This document shows, in pieces, positions 13,549 through 26,961 of a stretch of DNA of 64,000 nt; the first letter of the stretch is position 1; the number at the start of each line of letters is the position of its first letter. The notes beneath the pieces are model-generated. The model ran no database searches. It saw only the letters and a program-made list of their open reading frames with translations, and had not been told where the DNA came from. The DNA comes from Eledone cirrhosa (lineage: Eukaryota). The translations under genes and the position numbers were made by a program. The stretch lies in contig OZ024752.1 in NCBI GenBank assembly GCA_964016885.1, positions 434,001-498,000 of the forward strand, in the 5' to 3' direction.

Positions 13549-13624
13549 GTCTCCTGATGAATCCTAGCTCAGGATATTCCTATTATTTGGATGTCCAAAA
13601 TAAGTAAGAAACCATGGTAGAGAT
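13549..13624 (+). ncRNA. Type I hammerhead ribozyme motif with branched stem II region
   Basis: gtctc CTGATGA [atcct-agctc-aggat; ttatttgga-tg-tccaaaataa] GAAA ccatgg TA gagat; palindromic stem III, GUA site. Confidence 0.65.
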
Positions 13625-13907
13625 ATAATTACGGTATGTGCGCATTTCTTCTAAGTTTAATTTTACAACTAATTGTGTATGGTTGATGGTATATTTGGTC
13701 AGTTTCTACATGCTGTCGAAATGTTGGATAAATACTAGAACGGGGCCGCCGCGAAGAAGCTACGTTCGGTTATTTGTCTGAGATTTCCCCATAAGAGAAT
13801 TTATTCTTATAGCTTGCTAGGATTGATTTTGTATATGGTTAATTATGCTAATTAGAAGAAGAAATAGTATATATTTTAATATCTGATGATTCTAAAAACA
13901 TGATTTA

Positions 13908-14047
<140 letters not shown>

Positions 14048-14663
14048 CATATAACATATTACATATAACATATTATATATAATATATTATATATATATAT
14101 AATATATATATTATATACTATATATATAATATATATATATAATTGTTTCTACTTTTTGGCACAAGGCCAGCAATTACCCAGTACATTACTGGTACTTTAT
14201 TTTATCGACCCCGTAAGGATGAAAGATATATAATATATATATAATATATATTATATATATATATATATACAATATATATGTTGTGAGTTCGATTCCTGGA
14301 CCGGGTGATACGTTATGTTCTTGAGCAAGACACTTTATTTCACGTTGCTCCTTCTACCTGGAGTTGCGACCGATAGATAGTATTAGCAACTGGAAAGACC
14401 GATGAAAACATTGTTTCCTCAGTCCGATTTGACGAAAGTCGATCGATCCTTTTTTTATATATATATAATATATATAGTATATATATATAATACATATATT
14501 ATATATATATATAATATATATATATTATATATATATAAGACATATATTATATATATATAATATATATATAATATAAATATATATAATATATATATTATAT
14601 ATATGATACATATATATAATTTATATATATATGTAAAATAATGTATATATATATAATATATAT

Positions 14664-14869
14664 AGTAATAATGATAAATTTGAAGACTAAAATCCAAAGA
14701 GGGCTCGATAAGGATAAATATATATCAAATATATAAGAACCGTAGAGCCGGTTGCAACGTATTTTGAAATATTTACTTCTGCGTTCACAGATTGACTTTG
14801 TTAGTTTCAGAAGATCCCGTTAAGGGTGAAAGCAGCGATTCTTTGCTTAAACTTTAATCTGTTATTTTA

Positions 14870-14870
<1 letters not shown>
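14664..14870 (+). mobile_element. Short PLE-terminus-like repeat carrying an HHR variant; relatives at 17591-17664, 29440-29688, 41737-41868 (-), 49678-49736 (-), 57205-57310
   Basis: Shared head agtaataat...gaagactaaaatccaaag and/or shared tail gattctttgcttaaactttaatctgttattttaa; all copies abut (TA)n. Confidence 0.75.
14803..14853 (+). ncRNA. Hammerhead-like motif, CAGAAGA (U4A) core
   Basis: agttt CAGAAGA t-ccc-gttaa-ggg-t GAAA gca-gcgattctt-tgc T T aaact; all three stems form. Confidence 0.55.
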
Positions 14871-14916
<46 letters not shown>

Positions 14917-15049
14917 GTGAGGTTTTTTTTACAAAATGAAAAATAACCGAGGTGTCCTACACGAGTGAAAGTATAAAGAAAAAAAGATGAAATCGAAAAT
15001 GCAACTGGAGTCTGATTTAAAAAAAAAAACATATATATTTATTTGGTTC

Positions 15050-15085
15050 CTTTACCGGTTTCGCAGTTCTTCTGCTTTTCAAAAG
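15050..15085 (-). ncRNA. Minimal type I hammerhead with U3-A8 core
   Basis: Minus strand: ctt TTGAAAA gcag-aagaa-ctgc GAAA ccgg TA aag. Confidence 0.65.
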
Positions 15086-15121
15086 TAGAGTTGAGATGGA
15101 GGGTCTGTGGTTTTTCTCACA

Positions 15122-15239
<118 letters not shown>

Positions 15240-15251
15240 TATAATATATAT

Positions 15252-15870
15252 AAATGAAAGAATTACGAAAGAGAATACAGACTGTTAGAACATGTTTATA
15301 CAATAAGCACCAAACCATAACACGCCGGAGTGCGGGGTGAATAACTAAACATCTGTACACCAACTATGCCTCTTAGATCCGGCCTGACTAAGCAGTAGTA
15401 AATTGGCACCCATAAAATAGAGGTGGAAAACAATCATCATGTGAACGGATAATAAGTAATTTAGGGACACTTATTGAAACACCGGTCAGAGTTACTCTCC
15501 TTGCTCTGTGATGTAAACAGCCATGTCTGTTTGAATCAAACAGGAACTTCGATGTGGTTATCATCTTAAAACCCCTCCTGGGTTCTGTATTGAACACTCT
15601 CGAGCTTTGTATGCCTTTGAGAAGCCCTTTTCGGGCGAAACATACGTAGGTGTTTATTGTATAAACATGTTCTAACAATCTGTATTCTCTTTCGTAATTC
15701 TTTCATTTGTAACCACTCTGCTTATATTCTCGCCCACTAAATATTAAACTCTTCCGATATTTAACCCTGTAGGCACAAGTATTGAGCACAAATGGACCAG
15801 CTTATGGCAACTAACTATATGTATCGCTTATCCCTTTAAACCTTCTACTCTCTCACGATACTAAAATATT
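15252..15870 (+). mobile_element. PLE terminal fragment with ~58-bp inverted repeat (15252-15310 vs 15649-15709)
   Basis: aaatgaaagaattacgaaagagaatacaga... and its reverse complement flank a body ending in an HHR motif; embedded in (TA)n. Confidence 0.65.
15611..15653 (+). ncRNA. Hammerhead-like motif with U3-A8 core
   Basis: atgcc t TTGAGAA gccc-ttttc-gggc GAAA catacg TA ggtgt; stem I is imperfect (extra T). Confidence 0.55.
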
Positions 15871-16406
15871 CTATAATATATATATATATAATATATATAT
15901 GTAATATATAAATTATATAATATTATATAATATATATATATATTATATATATATAATATATTATATATATATATATATTATATATATGTAATACATTATA
16001 TATATATATTATATATATATAATACATTATATATATTACATATATATAATATATAATATATTATATATATATAATACATTATATATATATATTACATATA
16101 TATAATATATATATATATTATATATATATAATACATTATATATATATACATTATATATATAATACATTATATATATATATATAATATATATTATATATAT
16201 ATTACATATATATAATATATATATTATTATATATATATAATATACATTATATATATATTACATATATATAATATATATATATTATATATATATAATATAT
16301 ATATATATATATCACATATTATATATATCACATATATTATATATATACATATAATATATATATATCCATATAATATATATATATATATAATATATATGTA
16401 TTATAT

Positions 16407-17014
16407 GTCAGGTCACCAGTTGGTGCTACTGGTAACATGTATCCCAGTACAACCTGTCTCATGGTCGGGTCATTGGCGACTAAACTGGCAACCCCACCAA
16501 GGTTTCTTGGTGAGGAGGGTGACTTTGGACATCCTGCAGGACTAAAAACAAAACCTGTCAAAGGGCAAAGGAGCTCTTAAGAGTCAATGGCCATCCAAAA
16601 TCACCGGGAGAGATGACCCCTTAGCCTTTGTCAAGGCAGAATTCTAGGAGAAGGAAAACTCTGATATAACGCCTGCAACCCTGATGGTATCCAATGATGT
16701 TGACTTGTTCTTTTTTTTGGTAAATATCATCTTGGTTAAGAGAGTGGGACTGGCTTTGTGCAGTGCCTTTGCTCACTATAAAAGCTTCACGGCACAGGCA
16801 TTGCTTTATATCTGGAGATCTCTCTGCACTTGTCGTCACATGGTACCATGGGCCCAGCACTATGTGTCAATAGTTGTCACAAGTGTAGTGTTTGTACCAA
16901 AGTTTTCAAGTCTCTGGTTGGACTAAAAAGTCACAGTCGTTCAGCGCATTGGTAGGGGTTCTCCTACATGGATATAAAGTAGTGGCCGTACTCGAAAACG
17001 AGTTGGCAGCCACC
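16407..17014 (+). mobile_element. Non-autonomous RTE-derived element, longest copy (~610 bp)
   Basis: Structured non-coding 5' part joined to an RTE-like C2H2 remnant and 3' UTR; inserted in (TA)n. Confidence 0.7.
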
Positions 17015-17493
17015 ATTATATATATATTATATATATATATCACATATCTTATATATATACATATAACATATATATATTATATATATATTATATATATAAA
17101 TATTTTATATATCACCTTTGCCTTTGATCCTTACGGGGTCGATTAAATAAAGTCCCAGTAATGTATTGGGTAACTACTGGCCTTGTGCCAAAAGTAGAAA
17201 CAATTATATATAGACATATTATATATATTAAATATTAATCATATATATTCTATATATATATTGTTATATATATATATATGTGTTATATATATATTGTATA
17301 TATATATATTGTATATATATATATCATATATATATTGTATATATATATTGTATATATATATATTGTATATATATTATATATATATTATATATATATATTA
17401 TATATATATATTATATATATATATTATATATATATATTATATATATATATTATATATATATATTATATATATATATTATATATATATATTATA

Positions 17494-17592
<99 letters not shown>

Positions 17593-17729
17593 TAATAATA
17601 ATAAATTTGAAGACTAAAATCCAAAGCACCGATTCTTTGCTTAAACTTTAATCTGTTATTTTAATATATATATATAATACTCAATGATATTAAATAAATG
17701 GAAACTATATTTATAAAACCATATTTATT

Positions 17730-17784
17730 CTATTATATATATTTCAAGGTTACCAAAAAACTTTGGTACGCTTTCATGAGATAA
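17730..17784 (-). ncRNA. Degenerate hammerhead in the 3' terminus of the PLE
   Basis: Minus strand: ttat CTCATGA aag-cg-taccaaa-gtt-tttggta-ac-ctt GAAA tatata TA atag, then aataaa; G5 is mutated to C. Confidence 0.6.
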
Positions 17785-19725
17785 AATACAAAAGTGGTTT
17801 ATAAATTTTGACATAGCCAAGGAAATCATACGTTATCAGTTGAATTTTCTTGGGTAGTGAGATTAAAGACGAATATTTCAAACTTATGGATGAATATGCA
17901 AATGAATATGTAAATAAGGTTGAGTTATATGATTGAAAAACTGTTATTTTAAACGCTATGGAATGTTTAGATATATAATAAGAGAGAAAGAAAGAAGAAA
18001 GAAAAAAGAAAAGGAAAAATAAGAAGGAAAAGGAAAAAGAAGACCACTTATAACGTTAATTTGGGGGAAATATATGCGAACATTTATCCATATTATGTAT
18101 ATATTTATATGGAGAATTATGTTTGTAAGTATTTATCTTATTATATTGAAGTGGGTTAAATATATAAATATCTATATATATTTTAATAATAGCATATGTA
18201 TTTTTATTAAAAGGATAATTTGCAATTATTAGTTGTTTATAATATGAGTTACGAGGGAAGTTGTTTTTGTGTTTTAAGTAGATAAATAAATAAATAAATA
18301 AATAGGTAGTTCAAGTTTTAGGTGGTTGTTCTTAATATGAGTTACGAGGGACGTTGATTTTGTATTTTATGTAAATAAATATGTAGTTAAAATTGAGAAT
18401 GTTTTAAATTAAATTAACGAAGTTAGGTATAATATTTATATGATTGAAAAGGAAAGATAACTCCGATTTTATTTGTTAATCGTTAGTGTGAGATTAATTA
18501 ATTATTTAGTCGAAAGAAATATGAATGTTTAATCAGTTAATGGTTATTAATCTACGTTTAAAAAATAGCTTTAGAGGGTGTCTTTGGAAAAATAAAGAAT
18601 TAAGAAAAAAAAAAAATAAATAAAAAAAAAATATATATATAAAAAAAAAAAAAAAATATATATAAAAAAAAAAATAAATAAATAAATAAATAAAAAATAA
18701 AAAAAATTAAAATTAAAATTAGAATTATATAGATATACATAAATATATATAAATATCTATACACATAAATAAATATATACACCCTATATTATAAGAAATT
18801 TTTTTCTAAAGGGTGAAAGTACTACAAATATTACAGATATTATGATTTAGAGATATTAATATATTAAAAATATAAATTGTTAAAGCAGATAGGATCATTT
18901 TGGGGATTAATAGGAATATTATAAGTATATTATAAGTTACATATAGTTCTGAATGTAGAATTTTGGCGATATCTGCAGGAACTAAATAACTCTGTTTTGA
19001 GATTAATAGAGTTTTGACAGTTAATTATATAAAAAAATTTCTTAAATACACAATTTACAGAATCTTGATAAAGCCGTGTTTCGGTACGCAGGTGCTTTCA
19101 AAATCGTTTTCCAAGATATTGAATAGTTTATATTCTTGCTTTTTAAGTTCCATATAAGATGTGAAAGGGAAGTAGAAGATTTTTTATCAGTTCATTTGAA
19201 AGAGTGATTGTGGTTATTCCAGCGATCTTTAAATTTTGTAGAAGTGGCACCGACATAGTTAAATATATTATCACTAGTTTTAACTGTGCATTTATGGACT
19301 ACGTTTTTATCTAAACACTTATTTTGTAAGGGCAGTTTGATTTGATTCTACAGTTACATTTTACGGAGTTGTTGTTGCACGGAACGGTACCATTAGGTTG
19401 GATGTTGCTAGAAATATTATTATTGCTATTATGGTTATTTTGGTTAGGGTTTAAATTTAAGTTTCTATTATTAATTCTATTTATATTTTGTGCTATGTTC
19501 ATAGTAGTAGAGTTGGATAGTTTTATAGTATGTCTGTTAAAGATTGAGTGGTATCTGTGTGCTTTAGGAAAACATTTGTCTAGTGCTTTAAAGAATAGCT
19601 TTGCTAAAGGTGTTTTAAGGCTTAATGAGAATGGGGGTGAGTACCAAATAATATTTCTAGTTCTTTTGTTTATTTTAGAGTTTAAGTTAAATTGTTTATT
19701 ATTATTATAATTAATAGTAAGGTCA

Positions 19726-19911
19726 GTGGATTGGCAGTATCGGTAGAGAGTCGGACACCATGCTTTGAAGCATAGAGTTACGTCCCTTTATGATCTGAGT
19801 TCAAATTCCGCCGAGTTTAACTTTGCCTTTTATCCTTACGGGGTCGATAAAATAAAGTACCAGTAATGTACTGGGTAATTGCTGGCCTTGTGCCAAAAGT
19901 AGAAACAATTA
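19726..19911 (+). mobile_element. Meta-type SINE inserted into the PLE
   Basis: Full SINE flanked by an imperfect target duplication ttataatt(a/t)atagta(a/g)ggt. Confidence 0.85.
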
Positions 19912-21015
19912 TTATAATTTATAGTAGGGTGATTTGCCTTATTATTGTTGTCAATGTATTTAATTTTATTCAAATACCCTGCTCTATTTAAAGCTTCATT
20001 ATAATATTCAGCCTTATCATCAAAACTATCTTTATTAGCAGAGATGCGTGAAATTCGTTGTTGGACACTATTGTCAATAGTGTTCTTAATAGATCTAGGA
20101 TGACTAGAATTAAAACTTACATAATTTATGGAATGGATAGTAGAGCCCTGTGCTAAGGTTTAATGTTATTTCTAAAAAGTTAACGATTTTATAGTTATTC
20201 TCTATTTCTAACTTAAGGTTATAATTATTGAAGAATTTTATTATGGATTTTCTTTTCCTATTAATTTCACAATTACTATGGTTTTCAATTAAAAGCAGCA
20301 TATCATCACGATATAAACCACCGGTCATCTCTGGCATTTTTCTATGCAGTGTATTATTAATAAATAAGCCCACAATATCCGTTATTTGCGCCGAGTAAGA
20401 TGATCCCATAGTGATATCAAAATTATTTTTTCTATCGGCTCTTGTCCAGAGATGATTGTTGAATTCAATTAAAGTTTTCCGTGCAGTTAGAATGATATGC
20501 ATTTAATCACTAGATAAATCTGTATATTTAGATGCATAGATAAGAGCCCTATTAAGTAAACTAGGTGTAATAGAGGAGTAGTAATTTGCAATATCATTTG
20601 AAAGAATTTTTTGTTATGTTTAAATTTTATGTTATTGAACCAATCTATAACTTCATTAGTACCGTTTCATAGTTTCAGGTGTGATTTTTCTTTAAGTTGT
20701 GGTATGATTCTATCTAATATATGTTTACTAATTATGCCTAAGTCTGATTTAGATGGTGCTATAAGTCTGACTGGTAGTTCTATTTCACAGTTTCTTTTGT
20801 GGTGTTTCAGGTTAATTTTCGGTCTTCTAGGTATATTGAATATATTACTCTAGGTATATTGAATATTTACTCCATAAATCTGTCGAGTGCTCTGAATCAG
20901 TTATAAACATTTATATTTGTTGTATTTCCAACAAATTAAATATGCCTTCTATTTATATATATATAATATATATATATATTATATAAACATATATATTATT
21001 TATATATAATATATG

Positions 21016-21152
<137 letters not shown>

Positions 21153-21158
21153 TATATA

Positions 21159-21210
<52 letters not shown>

Positions 21211-21226
21211 TATATATATATATATA

Positions 21227-21327
<101 letters not shown>

Positions 21328-21365
21328 TATATATATAAATATATATATATAAATATATATATATA

Positions 21366-21424
<59 letters not shown>

Positions 21425-21425
21425 G

Positions 21426-21458
<33 letters not shown>

Positions 21459-21480
21459 ATATATATATATATATATATAT

Positions 21481-21620
21481 ATTATTTATTTTTCTTGAAA
21501 TCCATTTAGTCAGTCCTGAATATTAGCTTAACAGGTGTGTAAAGTTTCATCAGAATCGGATCACTCGTGTAGGCGAAAACTGATTACACACAGAGAGAAA
21601 TTGCGATTTATATAGTAGAT
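21481..21620 (-). mobile_element. Helitron-like 5' end fragment
   Basis: Minus strand begins a|tctactatataaa...ccgattctgatgaaactttacac; partial duplicate near 22075-22095. Confidence 0.5.
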
Positions 21621-21760
21621 ACGTATAGCAATATATATTGCACATGCTAACATACACAGGCAATCACGCACGTACACGCATGCACAGCCACACATACACC
21701 CAGTTATTATATATATAATATATATATATTATATATATAATGTAAAATATAATATACATA

Positions 21761-21887
<127 letters not shown>

Positions 21888-22095
21888 ATATATATAATAT
21901 ACATCTAAAATGGCGAAACAATTTCCTGGTGAGTTTGTACATGTGTGATCTAGGTATGAGGTTGGTTTCTCATTTTAATTTATACTTTTAATTTTAATGT
22001 TTTTCCCATGCCTCTATTGGCTTATATTCTCTTCACGCTTATATTCTGTTAGTTTATATTCTTTTCACGCTGATCAGAATCGGATCACTCGTGTG

Positions 22096-23532
22096 ATATA
22101 TAATATATATATTATATATATAATATATATATAAATATATATATAATATATATATATAATATATATATATATAATATATATAATATTTATATAATGAATA
22201 TATAATATATAATATATATATATATTCTATATATAGTATATATATAATATATATATAATATATATGTAATATATATATAATATATATATATAATATATAT
22301 AATATATAAATAGTATATATATAATATATATATATAATATATATAATATATATATAATATATATAATATATATATAATATATATATAATATATATTTAAT
22401 ATATATATAATATATATATAATATATATATAATATATATATAATATATATATAATATATATATATATTATATATAATATATATATATAATATATATATAA
22501 TATATATATAATATATATATATATATTATATATATATAATATATATATATATATAATAAATATAATATATATTTAATATATATATAATATATATATAATA
22601 TATATATATAATATATATATAATATATATATAATATATATATATAATATATATATATTTAATATATATATTTAATATATATATATATAATATATATATAT
22701 ATAATATATATCTTAATATATATATAATATATAATATATATATAACATATATATATAATATATAATATATATATATATAATATATATATATATAATATAT
22801 ATACAATATATATATATATAATATATATATATAATATATATACAATATATATATATATAATATATATAATATATATTTAATATATTTATTTAATATATAT
22901 ATATATAATATATATATATATAATATATATTTAATATATATCTTAATATATATATAATATATATTTAATATATATATAACATATATATAATATATATATA
23001 TACATATACAATATATATATATATACAATATATATATATAATATATATATATAATATATATATAATATATATATACAATATATATATATATAAAATTTAT
23101 ATATACAATATATATATAGACAATATATATATATATATATATCATATATGTATACAATATATGTATATATATATAATATATATATACAATATATGTATAT
23201 ATATATAATATATATATAATATATATATAATATATATATATACAATATATATATATGAAATATATATATATATAAAATATATATATATAATATAAATATA
23301 TATAATATAAATATAATATATATATATATATATAATATATGTATACAATATATGTATATACATATAATATATATATATATATTATATATATGTATATATA
23401 ATATATGTACATATATATAATATATGTATATATATATATATATAATATATGTATATATATATATATATAATATATGTATATATATATATAATATATGTAT
23501 ATATATATATATATAATATATGTATATATATA
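22096..23532. repeat. Long degenerate (TA)n/(TATAA)n tract; similar tracts at 3330-3428, 3805-4095, 12606-13037, 13910-14140, 15875-16406, 17205-17590, 20955-21480, 46752-47277, 47480-47949
   Basis: Direct reading. Confidence 0.97.
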
Positions 23533-23716
23533 TAATTGTTTCTACTTTAGGCAGAAGGCCCGCAATTATCCAGTACATTACTGGTACTTTATTTTATCGA
23601 CCCCGTAAGGATGAAAGTCAAAGTCAACCTCGGCGGGATTTGAACTCAGATCGTAAAGGGACGTAACTATGCTGGAAAGCATGGCGTCCGACCCTCTACC
23701 ATACTGCCAATCCACC
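23533..23716 (-). mobile_element. Meta-type SINE
   Basis: Same family as 10912-11284. Confidence 0.85.
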
Positions 23717-23718
23717 GT

Positions 23719-23793
<75 letters not shown>

Positions 23794-23815
23794 AAATATA
23801 TATATATATATATAT

Positions 23816-23904
<89 letters not shown>

Positions 23905-24504
23905 CATACACACACACACACATACACATATACGTATAGCAATATATACTGCACATGCTCACAGACACACACATTCACGTACGCAATCAAACACATACAT
24001 ACACACTTATATTTCTGCTAAATAATTTCGTAGTTTGACACTCATCTTGGGAAATCTGTATAGTTTCGAATTATATTGTAATACTAACAAAAGATTTCCT
24101 GAAATTAAATTTGTCTCCTAGCTTTTACATTTACTGATCTGAAAGATAATTAATCGGCAAAACTTAAAAACTCATGTACCGTTTGAGGTATTGAGTGTAA
24201 AAGTTTCTGAATTGATCTGAGAGACGGCCGGATGTATCATTTCCCTTCACTAAGAAGGTACAACGTGAAATATCCTGCTAACTTCCTCTTGTATAACAAT
24301 GATATACTGAAACGAGTGAGAAATTCATCCGAGCGTGTATATATTCACTATTATTGACTTGCCGGACGGTCGAACGACTGACTATATAGTGGAAGATTGC
24401 AGAAATGTTCATAAAGCAGACACGGACAGAAATATCCTCTTGTGATAATCATAAAGGAACTCGCAATAGCACATCGACAAGTGAAAGGTGAAAGAAGGTG
24501 AAAG

Positions 24505-24537
<33 letters not shown>

Positions 24538-24930
24538 CGCGTGTGTGTTTATGTGGTGTGTATATATATATATATATATATCGAAAGAGAGAGCGTGAGA
24601 GAGAGATGTTGAGGAGTTGAAGGGTTAGTTGGAAACTAATGATTTGTCTAGCAGAAGCATAATGGTTCGGCCAGTTGATGTACGGCATTGTGTGACATTT
24701 AAGGTCATATTGTTCTGTAAGTGTGAGCGTGTATATGTGCGTGTGTGTGAGCGGATGTGCGTGCGTATGTGTGAGTGTGCCTGTGTTGAAGAGAGAGAAA
24801 GAGAGAGAAAAATAGAAAAAACATACAGAAACAGAGAGAGAAAAGAAAGAGAGAGAATGAAAGAGAGAGAAAGAGATAGGAGAGCAGACATACAAATAGA
24901 GAAAGAGTGAGAAAATGCGGACAAATAAAA

Positions 24931-25232
24931 TAATTATTTCTACTTTTGGCACAAGCCCAGCAATTAAACTAGTGTATTACTGGTACTTTATTTTATCGAC
25001 CCCGTAAGGATGAAAGGCAAAGTTAACCTCGGCGGGATTTTAACTCAGACCATAAAGGGGCGTAACTCTATGCTGCAAAGCATGGCGTCCGACCCTCTAC
25101 CGATACTGCCAATAAAATAATGATTTCTGATTTGGGCACAAGGCCAACAATTTTGGGGAGGGGAAGTCTATTAAATCGACCCCAGTGCATGACTGGTACT
25201 TTATTTTACCGACGCCGTTAAGATGAAAGGCA
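24931..25232 (-). mobile_element. Meta-type SINE plus adjacent partial older copy
   Basis: Family consensus; aataaaataat(t/g)attt duplicated around the first copy. Confidence 0.8.
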
Positions 25233-25513
25233 GTGGTGATGATGGTAGCGGTGGTTGGTATGGTAGGTATGATGATCGTAGTAATAGTTGTATTAGAGGT
25301 AGTTGTAGTGGTGCTGGTGATGAAGATAATACATAGAGCTGTATAAAATATAATGGCTGTTGTGTTGATGGCAGTAGTGATGATAGTAACGGCAATGATG
25401 ATGTGGTTTGTAGTTTTGATATTAGAGATTGTTCATTATTAATGTGATGATGGTGGTAATGATTTTGAACGAAGTATGGTTGATGATATGGCATGGATGC
25501 CTTTCTCTAGAAT

Positions 25514-25887
25514 TTGGCAGTATCGGTAGAGGGTCAGACACCATGCTTTCCAGCAGAGTTACGTCCCTTTACGATCTGAATTCAAATCCTGCCAAGGTTG
25601 ACTTTGCCTTTCATCCTTACGGGGTCGATGAAATAAAGTACCAGTAATGCACTGGGTAATTGCTGGCCTTGCCTAAAGTAGAAACAATTATCAGTTACAA
25701 CAGGCGGTGGATTAGCAGTAGATGGTCGGACGCCATGCTTTGACTCATAGAGTTGCGGCCCTTGCTATTCTGGGTTCAAATTCCGCCGAGGTTCACTTTG
25801 CCTTTCATCCTTACGGGGTCGATAAAATAAAGTACCAGTAATGCACTGGGATAATTGCTGGCCTTGTGCCAAAAGTAGAAACAATTA
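25514..25887 (+). mobile_element. Tandem pair of Meta-type SINEs
   Basis: Family consensus; agttacaaca duplicated around the second copy. Confidence 0.85.
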
Positions 25888-26094
25888 TGAGTTACAACAT
25901 TGAAGTAAAATACACGGTTGCAACTGAGTATGTAGACGTTACAACGTCTATCTTAAGGTCGTTTGATTCAACCCTAATGAACATCTGGCCTTAAGGTTAA
26001 AAAGTTCGCTCTACACTAATGATGAGGTCGCATCCACCATCGTACCTCGCGAAAATGTAATTTTCAGACGATAGGTGATTAAGAGGACGATGTC

Positions 26095-26253
26095 TATGAT
26101 GATGATGATGATGATGATGATGACGATGATGACGATGATGACGATGGTGATGGTGATGTTGATGTTGATAATTGCGGTAATGATATTGCTGAAGTTAACT
26201 GTGTTAATGATGATAGTATTGTCATGGTGTGCCGGCTGCTAGTGATATATTGG

Positions 26254-26287
<34 letters not shown>

Positions 26288-26495
26288 CGGCATGGTGATT
26301 GTAGTGATAGTGATGATGGAGATGAAGATTGTGATGGTGAGGATGATGATGATGATGATGATGTTGATTGTAATAGTAACGATGGTGATGGTGATTATCA
26401 TGATGACGATGTTGATTGTAATAGTAACGATGGTGATGGTGATTGTCATGAAGACGATGTCAACGACAATGATGATGATGATGATGATGATAGAT
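26095..26495. repeat. (GAT)n-rich low-complexity tract; similar at 29177-29440
   Basis: Direct reading. Confidence 0.9.
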
Positions 26496-26758
26496 GTGGA
26501 ATGTCTATAGTTAGCATTGTTGCAGTTGTTTAGACAATGCTCCTATATCAACATGATATTTGTTATAACTTTTTTTATTTTCACTTCTATTTTTATCTCG
26601 TTTAAGAAGTTCCCGCCCATCTTTACACTTTCAACATATTTCATGTAGATTGAAACAAAACATTAGTAAGATCAAAGACAAAGTTATCGGTTTGAAACAC
26701 AACAATTTTCTTTTTTAACTGACACCGTTTTACGCGAAATCTATCCACCACAACTCTA

Positions 26759-26961
26759 CCGGGGTGCTGGAAAGTTCCTGGCTTAAGAGTATTGCGAAAG
26801 GGTAGACTTGTTACCTTTATAGGGGAGGCAGGACCGTTGCAATAAGTGTGTGAATCTGAGAGGGGAATATTTTGAATAATTAACTGATCCTCTTATATTT
26901 TCTTTTAACTGATCCTCCTGGATTTTCGTTCACCCAAAGCCAAGAATTTTCAGCACCGCGG
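26759..26961 (+). mobile_element. Complete mariner-type MITE with TIRs and TA target duplication
   Basis: TA-ccggggtgctggaaagttcctggctt ... aagccaagaattttcagcaccgcgg-TA. Confidence 0.8.

Larger units (their letters stand above)
17676..20953 (-). mobile_element. Decayed Penelope-like retroelement (RT + GIY-YIG endonuclease), 5'-truncated
   Basis: RT motifs FDITMGS..AQITDIVGLF and GLYRDD (ORF 20110-20502); CNCRIKSNCP..C linker; GIY-YIG-like NVVHKCTV...YVGATSTKFKDRWNNH; terminal CKLC...SSCRY; frameshifts and stops; (TA)n on both sides. Confidence 0.88.

Noticed and set aside
19190-19200. In-frame TGA in the PLE endonuclease as possible selenocysteine
   Set aside because: Not at a Cys-motif position; the Cys codons in the linker are ordinary TGT/TGC, and the copy has other disabling mutations.
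21540-21560. CTGATGA on the minus strand
   Set aside because: Part of the Helitron-like ccgattctgatgaaactt block with no stem II/GAAA arrangement. The same applies to CTGATGA inside R4 coding sequence (~51289, ~52430) and at ~63834.
24230-24490. Non-repetitive stretch as a possible host exon
   Set aside because: No clear splice sites or recognisable protein motif.
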